A stretch of DNA of 64,000 bases from Mangrovibacterium sp. (GTDB lineage Bacteria; Bacteroidota; Bacteroidia; Bacteroidales; Prolixibacteraceae), in NCBI GenBank assembly GCA_047972995.1, contig JBKEBD010000002.1, positions 204,330 to 268,329 on the forward strand, written 5' to 3'. The notes under the pieces are model-generated. The model was not told where the DNA came from, ran no database searches, and saw nothing but the letters and a program-made list of their open reading frames with translations. The position numbers and the translations under genes were made by a program. Positions 30,401-37,915 of this stretch are shown here, piece after piece. Numbering within the stretch: the first letter of the stretch is position 1; every line of letters begins with the position of its first letter.

Positions 30401-30632
30401 TGGCAAATAGAGCCCCTTCTCCTTCATCGGTATATACGATTTCGCGATGTACTTCATGATAATACCTCACATAGCTATCATACATATGCTGATATTTCTG
30501 CACAAACTCATGATTGAAAGATGTTCGAAGATATTTCTCCACTTGTTCTGAAATATCGTCATCATTCATTTTTGAGGTATCGGTAATGATGGCATACAAA
30601 CGAAGCAGTGTTTCGATGATATTTTCATGCAT
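27453..30632 (-). CDS. ABCG-like (NBD then ABC-2 TMD) half transporter with about 270-aa N-terminal regulatory extension and an extra C-terminal domain plus 7th TM
   Basis: 1059 aa with Walker A GGSGVGKTTLL (about aa 285), signature LSGGQRKRLNIA, Walker B LLFVDEPTSGLS and an ABCG-typical H-loop NIHQPS, then six TM helices. These are followed by about 190 aa soluble helical region and a final TM (IPTVWFNIIILWMLTALLSVLLYF). The N-terminal part ends in an FHA-like segment (ADGRHK...NLYLNGHRLNQN...GGVLK). Confidence 0.85.
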   Translation of the reverse strand: MHENIIETLLRLYAIITDTSKMNDDDISEQVEKYLRTSFNHEFVQKYQHMYDSYVRYYHEVHREIVYTDEGEGALFANQKHISNICKGISTHNDMQVRFTIINQLLNFISSGYGVYRLGLQITQTVANQLNINPDDYRNLFHFAVGDMGDVDKNDWLLIADGRHKTIYPGIKHLYRERQTVEIRFIHIPSINMLYFRYSGPRNLYLNGHRLNQNLLYPFPQGGVLKTSRMLPMYYSSVMSTFIKLENQAIIAFNVDKVEYDFNRKTKGLHELSFQEQSGELVGIIGGSGVGKTTLLNVLCGKLKPNKGKVTINGYDVHDKANEEKLSGVIGYVPQDDLLIEELTVYDNLKYNAQFCFGKMKPEQIEEKIEQTLRDFNLMEARDLVVGNPLRKILSGGQRKRLNIALELMREPSLLFVDEPTSGLSSADSEKVMYLFKKQCLKGRLVFANIHQPSSDIYKLFDRVIVMDAGGRIVFFGNPRELITYFKNEANYVNPDESECLTCGNVKTEQPLQILEARMVDPMGKTIRKRKVSAEEWYAKYKAKVEPRVLEFIRSNPVEKEEIPPTPFSRPQWMSQFRLFFKRDFASKRSNKQYLAIALLEAPILALILGFFTRYGEVGNYLFSKNNNIPPFIFMSVIVALFVGLSLSAEEIFKDRKIRQREEFLNLSKGAYLSAKIMMLFAISAFQMICFAVIGNLMLDIQGLTFGSWMVLFSTACLANLLGLNLSSGLDSAVAIYILVPLMLVPQLLLSGAIVDFNKMHPAISSPKHTPVIGDMMAARWSYEAMAVHFYTDNDYEQHFFDDEIEKNKWSFATFYYIPEVRRTVAAYQKIHDLSASPQGQLLKPILVNSLLDLHKEAPLPEALQKQVLHLKQGSVHTLSIDEVIAYLDSTQELFKQKFKQTNERLKNSYDELLNEFEGDKIALEAYKSNYVNEKLAIFVRDQYSGKKTQILDNRICQVDEPILRLPTDRNGRAHFYAPYKLVGSLKIPTVWFNIIILWMLTALLSVLLYFDVLRKLINYVQNWKKGREEHRRVNMLNNSRTASHHSSEDAAKDYHSLD

Positions 30633-30717
30633 GGCTTAATCTCTTAAAAAGCGTATATAAAAAAAGGGCTCTGCTAAGATAAGCAAAGACCTTTTAATAG
30701 GTGTTATTTTCAGCCTT

Positions 30718-31533
30718 TTATTTGGTGTAAATAGCTCTTAATACATTTACTAAGCTTGTAAGCTCTTCAATCTGACGTTTAGTCATAGCTTTAGAACCTT
30801 CTGTTTGGGCGTAAATAGCATTAATTTTTGCAATGTGTGCATACACATCTTTCAAGCTATCGCTATCTTTAGATTTTTCCATTAGGGCTTGTAATTTCAC
30901 CAGCGATTCCTTTTGTGAAATGATTGCTTTCACAATTTCTGGATTCTGATATGCATTCTCCGAAATGTTGGTTGCCAAATATAAACCTTCTACCACCGAA
31001 CCCGATAGTATCAAGTAAGAAATGTCGGTTCTACCTTGACCATTCAAGTGAGAATACGCTTTTTCAAACATATCGGTCACAATTTTAATTAGCTCTTCGC
31101 GGTTGTTAATGTTCGATTTAATTTGATCGGGCAAGTTTTTATCAAATGCTTCTACTAAACCTAAATCGCGTGCTAACAACTCGCAAGCTTGGAAATAAGC
31201 TTCCACCTCAGCCTGACTATTATAAGTAATGGCATAGGCCAAATCTGAAGCGTAGCTACCCAAGTTGATTGCTTTTTCTTGATCGCTAAAATAGGTTTTA
31301 GCTTTAGCTGGATCATTCGAAAGTGTAACGATATATCCCGCATTAATTTCAGTTAGCATTTCTGTCAATTCAAACATTGATGGCAAAGGATAAGCAAACT
31401 GCTGAACCTCTTGTTTGATGACAGCTTGGGCTTCGGCAGCTTCTTTTTTCTTTTGGCTGTTTGAACACGATTGAATGCTTACCGCTAATAAAAGCATAGC
31501 TAGTAAGCCGGTCATTTGTTTCATTGTTTTCAT
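30718..31533 (-). CDS. All-alpha lipoprotein of unknown function
   Basis: 271 aa with lipobox AVSIQSC and a predicted helical repeat-like body. It is upstream of and co-oriented with the ABC gene. An imperfect hairpin plus T7 (minus strand) lies in the 85-nt spacer. Confidence 0.7.
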   Translation of the reverse strand: MKTMKQMTGLLAMLLLAVSIQSCSNSQKKKEAAEAQAVIKQEVQQFAYPLPSMFELTEMLTEINAGYIVTLSNDPAKAKTYFSDQEKAINLGSYASDLAYAITYNSQAEVEAYFQACELLARDLGLVEAFDKNLPDQIKSNINNREELIKIVTDMFEKAYSHLNGQGRTDISYLILSGSVVEGLYLATNISENAYQNPEIVKAIISQKESLVKLQALMEKSKDSDSLKDVYAHIAKINAIYAQTEGSKAMTKRQIEELTSLVNVLRAIYTK

Positions 31534-31600
31534 TTGTCTATAATTTTGTAATAAGCTTTAGGCTTTTCCGATTTATAATCTGTTTCGTTGTGTGCGCTAT

Positions 31601-32215
31601 CTATAGTTTAATTAATCTGATAAACTCTTCACGTGTGGCAGCTCGCTCAAAAGCTCCTGTAAAATCAGATGTGGTGGTGGTTGAATCTTGTTTTTGCACA
31701 CCACGCATCTGCATACAAAGGTGCTTGGCTTCAATAACCACAGCCACACCCAAGGGATTTAAGGTATCTTGAATACAGTCTTTAATTTGTGTAGTCAATC
31801 GCTCTTGCACTTGCATTCTTCTAGAAAAGGCATCGACCACACGGGCTATTTTGCTCAAACCTGTAATGTAACCATTAGGAATATAACCCACGTGAGCTTT
31901 CCCAATGAAAGGCAACATATGGTGTTCGCACATCGAATAAATTTCAATGTCTTTCACTATAACCATTTGGCGATAATCTTCTTTAAACATCGCATCGCGT
32001 AACATTTGCTGAGGGTCTTGCTTATAGCCTTGTAGCAAAAACTGCATGGCTTTAGCCACTCGCAAAGGTGTTTTTTCTAACCCTTCACGCCCAAGGTCTT
32101 CGCCAGCAAGCTTTATAATTTCAGCATAATGCTCGCTCATTTGGTTTGTTACTTCTTCATTATAGCGGTCAATTCGCTGATATCCGCCCTCTAGTTCATT
32201 GTATATAACTTCCAT
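31601..32215 (-). CDS. folE: GTP cyclohydrolase I
   Basis: 204 aa with CEHHMLPF and QVQERLT motifs. Confidence 0.96.
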   Translation of the reverse strand: MEVIYNELEGGYQRIDRYNEEVTNQMSEHYAEIIKLAGEDLGREGLEKTPLRVAKAMQFLLQGYKQDPQQMLRDAMFKEDYRQMVIVKDIEIYSMCEHHMLPFIGKAHVGYIPNGYITGLSKIARVVDAFSRRMQVQERLTTQIKDCIQDTLNPLGVAVVIEAKHLCMQMRGVQKQDSTTTTSDFTGAFERAATREEFIRLIKL

Positions 32216-32989
32216 CTACTGTTGTTTGTCACGTGTAAAAAGCCAATCATCGCCACGGCTCAATTCATTGTTGAAATAATAGCCTTCGGTGTCGAAAGCC
32301 TGCAAGTCTTCTGGATTTTGCAGCCTGTTTTCAATGAAAAATCGGCACATCATTCCGCGAGCTTGCTTGGCATAAATGACAATGGTTTTATATGCTCCGT
32401 TTTTATTGTTTTTAAATTGCGGTGTAATAATACGACCTTTTAATTTCTTTTTATCAATTACCTTGAAATATTCGTTAGATGCTAAATTAATCAAAACTCC
32501 ATCATTTTGCACTAATAATTGATTTATTTCTGCTGTTATTGCTTCTTTCCAGAACGCGTAGAGGTCTTTTTTGCCTGAAACGCCCAATTTTGTGCCCATT
32601 TCTAGTCGGTACGGTTGAATTAAATCTAACGGACGAAGCACACCATATAAACCCGACAAAATGCGTAAATGTGCCTGAGCAAAAGCTTGTTCTTCGCGCT
32701 GAAATGTTTCGGCATGAATTCCGCCATAAACCGCACCATTGAAAGCCCACAAAGCTTGTTTTGCATTGTCGAGTGTGAATGGCTGCTGCCACAGCAAGTT
32801 TCGGCTTTCGTTTTCCATTGCCAACTCTGCTGAAATGCCTTGCAGCTGCTCTAAATCTTTAGCTTTAAGCCTTTTCATTTGAGCATTCACTTGCGTAGCT
32901 TCCTTTAAGAATTGCGCTTCGGAATATTGCGTTGTAGGTGCTGGGGTGCCAAAATTCAGTAGTTTGGCTGGCGATATAATTGCTAACAT
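32216..32989 (-). CDS. yaaA: Peroxide stress protein YaaA (DUF328/UPF0246)
   Basis: 257 aa with an N-terminal MLAIISPAK signature. It abuts folE with no gap. Confidence 0.9.
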   Translation of the reverse strand: MLAIISPAKLLNFGTPAPTTQYSEAQFLKEATQVNAQMKRLKAKDLEQLQGISAELAMENESRNLLWQQPFTLDNAKQALWAFNGAVYGGIHAETFQREEQAFAQAHLRILSGLYGVLRPLDLIQPYRLEMGTKLGVSGKKDLYAFWKEAITAEINQLLVQNDGVLINLASNEYFKVIDKKKLKGRIITPQFKNNKNGAYKTIVIYAKQARGMMCRFFIENRLQNPEDLQAFDTEGYYFNNELSRGDDWLFTRDKQQ

Positions 32990-33105
32990 AAATTATCTGT
33001 TCATCATTGTTATCAACAAAACAAGCGTGCGTGTTTTTTGTTGCATTACAATCCATTCATGGAGCGAGCAATTAGCACACCGCTATAAATTCTTCATTCC
33101 CAATT

Positions 33106-33603
33106 CTAATGATATTTCGATTTCCGTGTGAAGGATAAAGCAAATTTAGGGAAAAGCAACATGGGAAGAGTTACCCCTGCTGCCAACAAAAACAAGGTAG
33201 TGCCCGTAATAATGGTGTTGGAAAAGAACATATTCATAAATTCGGTTTTTAACTGATCGTCATCCAAATGTTGCATGAACATGATAAGTGCAAACACCAT
33301 GTTATAAGCAAATTTTCCGGGAATCATGGGCAGTAAAGCTGGTATGCAAAGCACCGTGATGGGCACTTTAGAATATTTACCCAAAAGCAAGCTACCAAAG
33401 CCTACCACCAACGCTCCCACAAAAGAAGCCACCGATATGTTTATGTCGAGATAATTCATAAAACAATAGCGAGTGGCATGACCAAAGGCTGCCAACAAGG
33501 CGATGAACTTAAAACAGCGAGTAGGAGGATTAGATATAGCTCCAAAGCCCATTCCGGCGATAGCCGAAAAAATCATATCAAGCAAAATATTTCCTATTAA
33601 CAT
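33106..33603 (-). CDS. Threonine/serine exporter family protein, small subunit (ThrE_2/YjjB-like)
   Basis: 165 aa with 4-5 TM helices. It overlaps the upstream ThrE-like gene by 7 nt. Confidence 0.8.
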   Translation of the reverse strand: MLIGNILLDMIFSAIAGMGFGAISNPPTRCFKFIALLAAFGHATRYCFMNYLDINISVASFVGALVVGFGSLLLGKYSKVPITVLCIPALLPMIPGKFAYNMVFALIMFMQHLDDDQLKTEFMNMFFSNTIITGTTLFLLAAGVTLPMLLFPKFALSFTRKSKYH

Positions 33604-34418
33604 ACTAATGCTCCTTTCGTAATAACTAAAGTGATACCTAAACCTATGGACAAACTAAAAATCACCAAAATGGCATTAACCAAGCGTGTGATGCCCGTGA
33701 GCACGTGCCCCTCGATAGTGTCAATCACGCCATTGATGAGCGGAACACCCGGCACTAAAAACAGCACGCTTGTAGCTAGTGCTATGCTCGATGTGCTTTC
33801 ACACAATAAAGATGATGATGAAATAATAGAAGACACAAAAGCTGCCACAAGCACTTGCAAGTAAATGTTTAAATGCCACCCCGCCATTAGCGAACGCAAA
33901 TAAAATGCCACTGCAGTTGCAACAAACACAATGCCTACCGACACCACATCGCCCCCAAACAATTGGCAAAAAGAGGCATTGGCAGCGCTTGCCATAAGTA
34001 GTGTTTTCCACTTACTCATGCGGGGAGTGCTTATAATTTTATAGTATCTACGTTTTAAATTTTCAAAGTCGTAATGGTGATCATAGCAATTCCAACTCAA
34101 AGCACTCAATCGTGCATTGTGTTCGAAATTAATAGGTAAATGGTTTACCACTGCCATTTCCGTAATTTGTGCATGGTGTTCTTTGTCGCGCAAAGTGAGG
34201 ATTATATTGAGGTTAAACACCCCAATCTCTACTTCGTAGCCATAGGCTTCTCCTATACGGCGTGTGTTTCGCCACACTCGTGAAGTGTGCACTCCACAGC
34301 CCATGAGGTGAGTGGCATATTCCAATAAAAACTCTGCTTTGTCGTAAAGTTCATTCTCTAATTCCTGCTGCATAAGTGTTCTTTTTTTATTGTTACACCC
34401 CTCTAATATCGACCTCAA
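33597..34418 (-). CDS. Threonine/serine exporter family protein, large subunit (ThrE/YjjP-like)
   Basis: A soluble N-terminal half (AEFLLEYATHLMGCGVHTSRVWRNTRRIGEAYG) followed by 5 TM helices. An alternative start is the ATG at 34373. A -7 box (minus strand TATATTTG) lies at 34442-34449. Confidence 0.8.
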   Translation of the reverse strand: MRSILEGCNNKKRTLMQQELENELYDKAEFLLEYATHLMGCGVHTSRVWRNTRRIGEAYGYEVEIGVFNLNIILTLRDKEHHAQITEMAVVNHLPINFEHNARLSALSWNCYDHHYDFENLKRRYYKIISTPRMSKWKTLLMASAANASFCQLFGGDVVSVGIVFVATAVAFYLRSLMAGWHLNIYLQVLVAAFVSSIISSSSLLCESTSSIALATSVLFLVPGVPLINGVIDTIEGHVLTGITRLVNAILVIFSLSIGLGITLVITKGALVC

Positions 34419-34623
34419 AGCTTGCTCTAAAATTAGCGCTACAAATATAATGAAAAGCCCAATTTAAACCACAAGTAAACACGCTAAAACTAATAGCTTT
34501 AACCCACAGTGCAATGTAAACCTTTACGGAAGTTAATTTGATTTAAATTTTTGCTTCATTCCGCCTTGTTATAGACAAAATCTTCTGTTTTAGAGCGAAA
34601 AAGTGCATTTGAGAGCATACTAG

Positions 34624-35751
34624 AGGTTCATTTTCCATGATTTTAGCTCCAAACCCGTTTGTAGTGCAACACCCTGTATATATGACGAATGGATCAACTT
34701 TGCGGCATTGTCGGTTCATAGCACAGGCTCGTATATCCCCGAGGATGAACAGAAGAATGTGTTCGGAAGATTCTATGTCATGGACAACGAAATGGGAGAT
34801 ACCGGCATTGGTTTGGCTTTGGTCTCGGTGATGTTGGACATCCATCGTGGAGAAATATCGGTGGACAGCTCCCGAGAATCAGGCACAAAGTTTACTGTTG
34901 AAATTCCGTTTAGACAGGATTTAAACTCCGATAATGCCCATGTTGATAACTATGAAATCGGCAGCTATTCGGAATCGAGAATTGAAGCTGAATCAAAATC
35001 CGAAGAACAAGTATATCTCCCAAACCGCATCGAGAACGAAGAGAAACCTCTGTTAATGGTCATCGAAGACAACGAGGATATGCGTCAATTCATTAAGCTG
35101 ACTTTGCAGGCAGATTACAACATCCTCGAAGCTCACGACGGCGAAGATGGAATCGAAAAGGCTCAGAAATACACCCCCGATTTGATAATCAGCGATGTGA
35201 TGATGCCCCGCAAAAATGGCTATGAAGTCGGACAATGGCTGAGGATGAATGTGTCGATAAGCCACATCCCACTAATCATGCTTACTGCCTGTTCGCTAGA
35301 CGAGCAAAAGTCGCAGGGGTTCGAGAGCGGAGCGGATGCATATATCCCAAGCCATTCAACGAATCGCTGTTGAGAATCAGAATACGAAAGCTGATTGAAA
35401 GTCGCCAAAAGATGAAAGAGAGCTTCGGGCTGAACCTCATCGAGGATGATAAACGAGAATCATTAGCGAAGTCCGAGCAGATGTTTATCGACAGATTCAC
35501 CGAATACATTGAGGAGAACATTGCAAAGCACGTCGGACTGTCGATCGCAGCTATATCGCAAGCTAAAATCACTCACCGACTACTCGCCCAACGAGCTGAT
35601 TCGCATCATCCGACTGAAAGCCGCTCGCCGAATGCTGCTCAAAGGCTCAACATCGGTATCAGAGGTAGCCTACTCAGCCGGATTCTCATCTCCGTCATAC
35701 TTCACAAAATGCTTCAAAGAATTCTATGGCGAAAGCCCAAGCTTCAGATAA
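34624..35751 (+). pseudogene. 5'-truncated, twice frameshifted hybrid two-component system (HTCS) sensor kinase/response regulator/AraC gene
   Basis: Frame 1 carries the end of HATPase_c (degenerate G-box STGSYIPEDEQKNVFGRFYV...GDTGIGLALV...GTKFTVEIPF) plus REC (LLMVIEDNEDM...LIISDVMMP...LTA...GADAYI). A 1-nt deletion near 35347 shifts to KPFNESLLRIRIRKL. A second shift and an internal deletion near 35530-35560 lead to the AraC HTH (RSQLYRKLKSLTDYSPNELIRIIRLKAARRML...GFSSPSYFTKCFKEFYGESP). The periplasmic sensor and HisKA domains are absent. Confidence 0.85.
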
Positions 35752-35903
35752 ACAATAGCTTGTAGTTTATTTGTGCCTTAGAGTTTAATCTCCTTCAAAA
35801 ATTCCTCATTTCGAGGAATAATTCATAAACGGCATCAGCATTTCCCTTATGGTGTCTGCTAATCCAAAAGCTATAGATATAAATGATACTCGTACTCATG
35901 ATC

Positions 35904-36505
35904 TGAAAATAATATTGGCGCAGGAGATATTTTGGGGTCTGAGCCCATATTTACTTACCTAACCATAGTAAGCCTTAGCAGATTATTCGGGTGGTGGTTG
36001 CGACCTACAGATTTTTTTCTTGAATGGGGTGTGTTTTAATTTCAGTGTGGAGTATATCTTTTTGGCTTGTTTTGTTGGGCGACTACACTGCCTCAGCCCT
36101 ACGCTTTCTCCCACAGCATTGATTGTTTTAGTGGTGACTAACTCCTGCGTTGACATACGTCTCACAATTTCAGCCCAAGTCATTCTATTGCCAAAAAAAA
36201 GATAGCGGAGCATTTTTTTAAGAAGAAAAAGTCTGATAAAGTACAAAAAAAGGGGAAATAGATGCTAAATGTAACCTCCGCTACTTTCTGCGACAAAAAT
36301 GGACCTCGTCACACCGTCTGAATACTTTTTTCAAACAAAAATGAACACATGGAAATGACATCCTCAGGCTCTAATATGGAAAAGTGGGTTAAAAAGAGGA
36401 GTTGTTGATTTAATTCTTGGAGCATTTGTTGTCTCTTTTTTTACAAAGTAAAGATGTCATTTTTTAGGCTCGACCCCAAAATATCCCCTGCGCCATAATA
36501 TTTCA
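35904..36505. mobile_element. 602-bp non-autonomous (MITE-like) or invertible-segment-like element bounded by about 40-bp imperfect inverted repeats
   Basis: The left end is TGAAAATAATATTGGCGCAGGAGATATTTTGGGGTCTGAGCC (35904-35946). The right end is GGCTCGACCCCAAAATATCCCCTGCGCCATAATATTTCA (36467-36505). The core 35 nt differ by about 3 mismatches or indels. No clear target duplication and no transposase. It contains copy B of the 41-42-bp repeat (36271-36346). Confidence 0.5.
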
Positions 36506-36779
36506 TATTTCAATTTACCTGCAACAGCTCGAAAAGGAAAATTTTCCTATTTCAACTCCCCCAGTGCAATCGAAACGACAAACAGATGTATTTACTTATA
36601 TAACTATAATAATTAGCAGTTTAGCTTAATGTTTTTGTGCAATCGATTGCTTTTTGGAAAGGATTTCAACACTCCTTAGTTCTTTTCTTTTGATATTCAG
36701 TGTTATAACTTTCTGTTTTTCTTTGAAAGATTTTTTTATTAAAAAGTTTAAATGACCAATGGTATTTCTAGTTTTAAAC

Positions 36780-36787
36780 TACTTTTG
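36780..36787 (+). promoter_or_regulatory. -7 box (TACTTTTG) for pfkA
   Basis: TAnnTTTG match 23 nt upstream of the ATG at 36810. This supports the shorter start. Confidence 0.45.
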
Positions 36788-36809
36788 TATCGAGAAAAGG
36801 TTATATTAT

Positions 36810-37802
36810 ATGAGTAAAAAGTTTAATAAAATAGCAGTGCTTACATCAGGAGGGGATGCTCCGGGGATGAATGCAGCGATACGTGCAGTAACGCGTACCG
36901 CCATTAGAAAAGGAATTAAAGTAGTTGGTGTTCGTCGTGGATATCAAGGCTTAATGGAAGGCGACTTCAAGCCCATGAGCACACGCACCGTAAGTGGAAT
37001 TTTGCACCAAGGGGGTACAATCTTGCGTACAGCCAGATGCAAAGACTTCCGCACACCCGAAGGCAGACAATTAGCCTACCAACACGCCAAAGAACAAGGC
37101 ATTGAAGCCTTGGTGGTAATTGGTGGCGATGGCTCTTTCCAGGGGGCTCAGCTCTTTTCGCAAGAAACCGACATCCCTACTGTGGGTATTCCCGGAACTA
37201 TCGATAACGATATGTATGGCACCGACTATACCATTGGGCACGACACCGCATTGAATACCGCTGTTGAAGCCCTCGATAAAATTAAAGATACAGCCCGTTC
37301 GCATGGGCGCATCTTTGTGGTGGAAGTTATGGGTAATGAAGCTGGCGACTTGGCACTATTCAGCGGCATTGCCTGCGGAGCAGAAGCCATTTTATTGCCC
37401 GAGGTGCAAACCAACGATGAGCTAGACCGATTTATCAAGCGAGGTATCAAGAAAAAAGAAACCAGCGGCATTATAGTAGTGGCAGAAGGTGGCGGTAAGC
37501 AACTCAACGCCTTGGCAGTGGCAGAACGGGTGCAAAAGGAAAATCCAAAATTCGAAGTGCGTGTGTCTATCTTGGGGCACATTCAACGCGGAGGAAACCC
37601 CACAGCCATGGATAGAATTATGGCCACTCGCATGGGAGTAGGAGCTATTGATGCCTTGCTCGACGATCAGAAAAGCGTCATGATTGGTATTAAAGATGGC
37701 AATATTTGCCAAGTGCCTTTCAACAAATGCGTGCGTGGAAAAAGAGCCTTTAAGCAAGATATTTACGAGCTTAACAACGATGTGGTGGGCGAGCTAATGT
37801 AG
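36810..37802 (+). CDS. pfkA: ATP-dependent 6-phosphofructokinase
   Basis: Motifs TSGGDAPGMNAAIR, GGDGSFQGA and PGTIDNDM. Start at MSKKFNKIAVL. Confidence 0.95.
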   Translation: MSKKFNKIAVLTSGGDAPGMNAAIRAVTRTAIRKGIKVVGVRRGYQGLMEGDFKPMSTRTVSGILHQGGTILRTARCKDFRTPEGRQLAYQHAKEQGIEALVVIGGDGSFQGAQLFSQETDIPTVGIPGTIDNDMYGTDYTIGHDTALNTAVEALDKIKDTARSHGRIFVVEVMGNEAGDLALFSGIACGAEAILLPEVQTNDELDRFIKRGIKKKETSGIIVVAEGGGKQLNALAVAERVQKENPKFEVRVSILGHIQRGGNPTAMDRIMATRMGVGAIDALLDDQKSVMIGIKDGNICQVPFNKCVRGKRAFKQDIYELNNDVVGELM

Positions 37803-37830
37803 GTTGAATATACTTATTATTATATAATAC

Positions 37831-37866
37831 AAGGGTAGTTGTGAAGCAGCTACCCTTTATTTTTAC
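37831..37866 (+). terminator. Rho-independent terminator of pfkA
   Basis: AAGGGTAG / CTACCCTT 8-bp stem followed by TATTTTTA. Confidence 0.8.
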
Positions 37867-37915
37867 TATATTTGTTCTACAATAGAACGAAATTATAATC
37901 ATAATAGAACGAGGA

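Noticed and set aside
35983-36246. 87-aa minus-strand and 61-aa plus-strand ORFs inside the IR-bounded element.
   Set aside because: They are mutually overlapping with no recognisable transposase or HTH motif. They are too short for an autonomous IS, so the element was annotated as non-coding.
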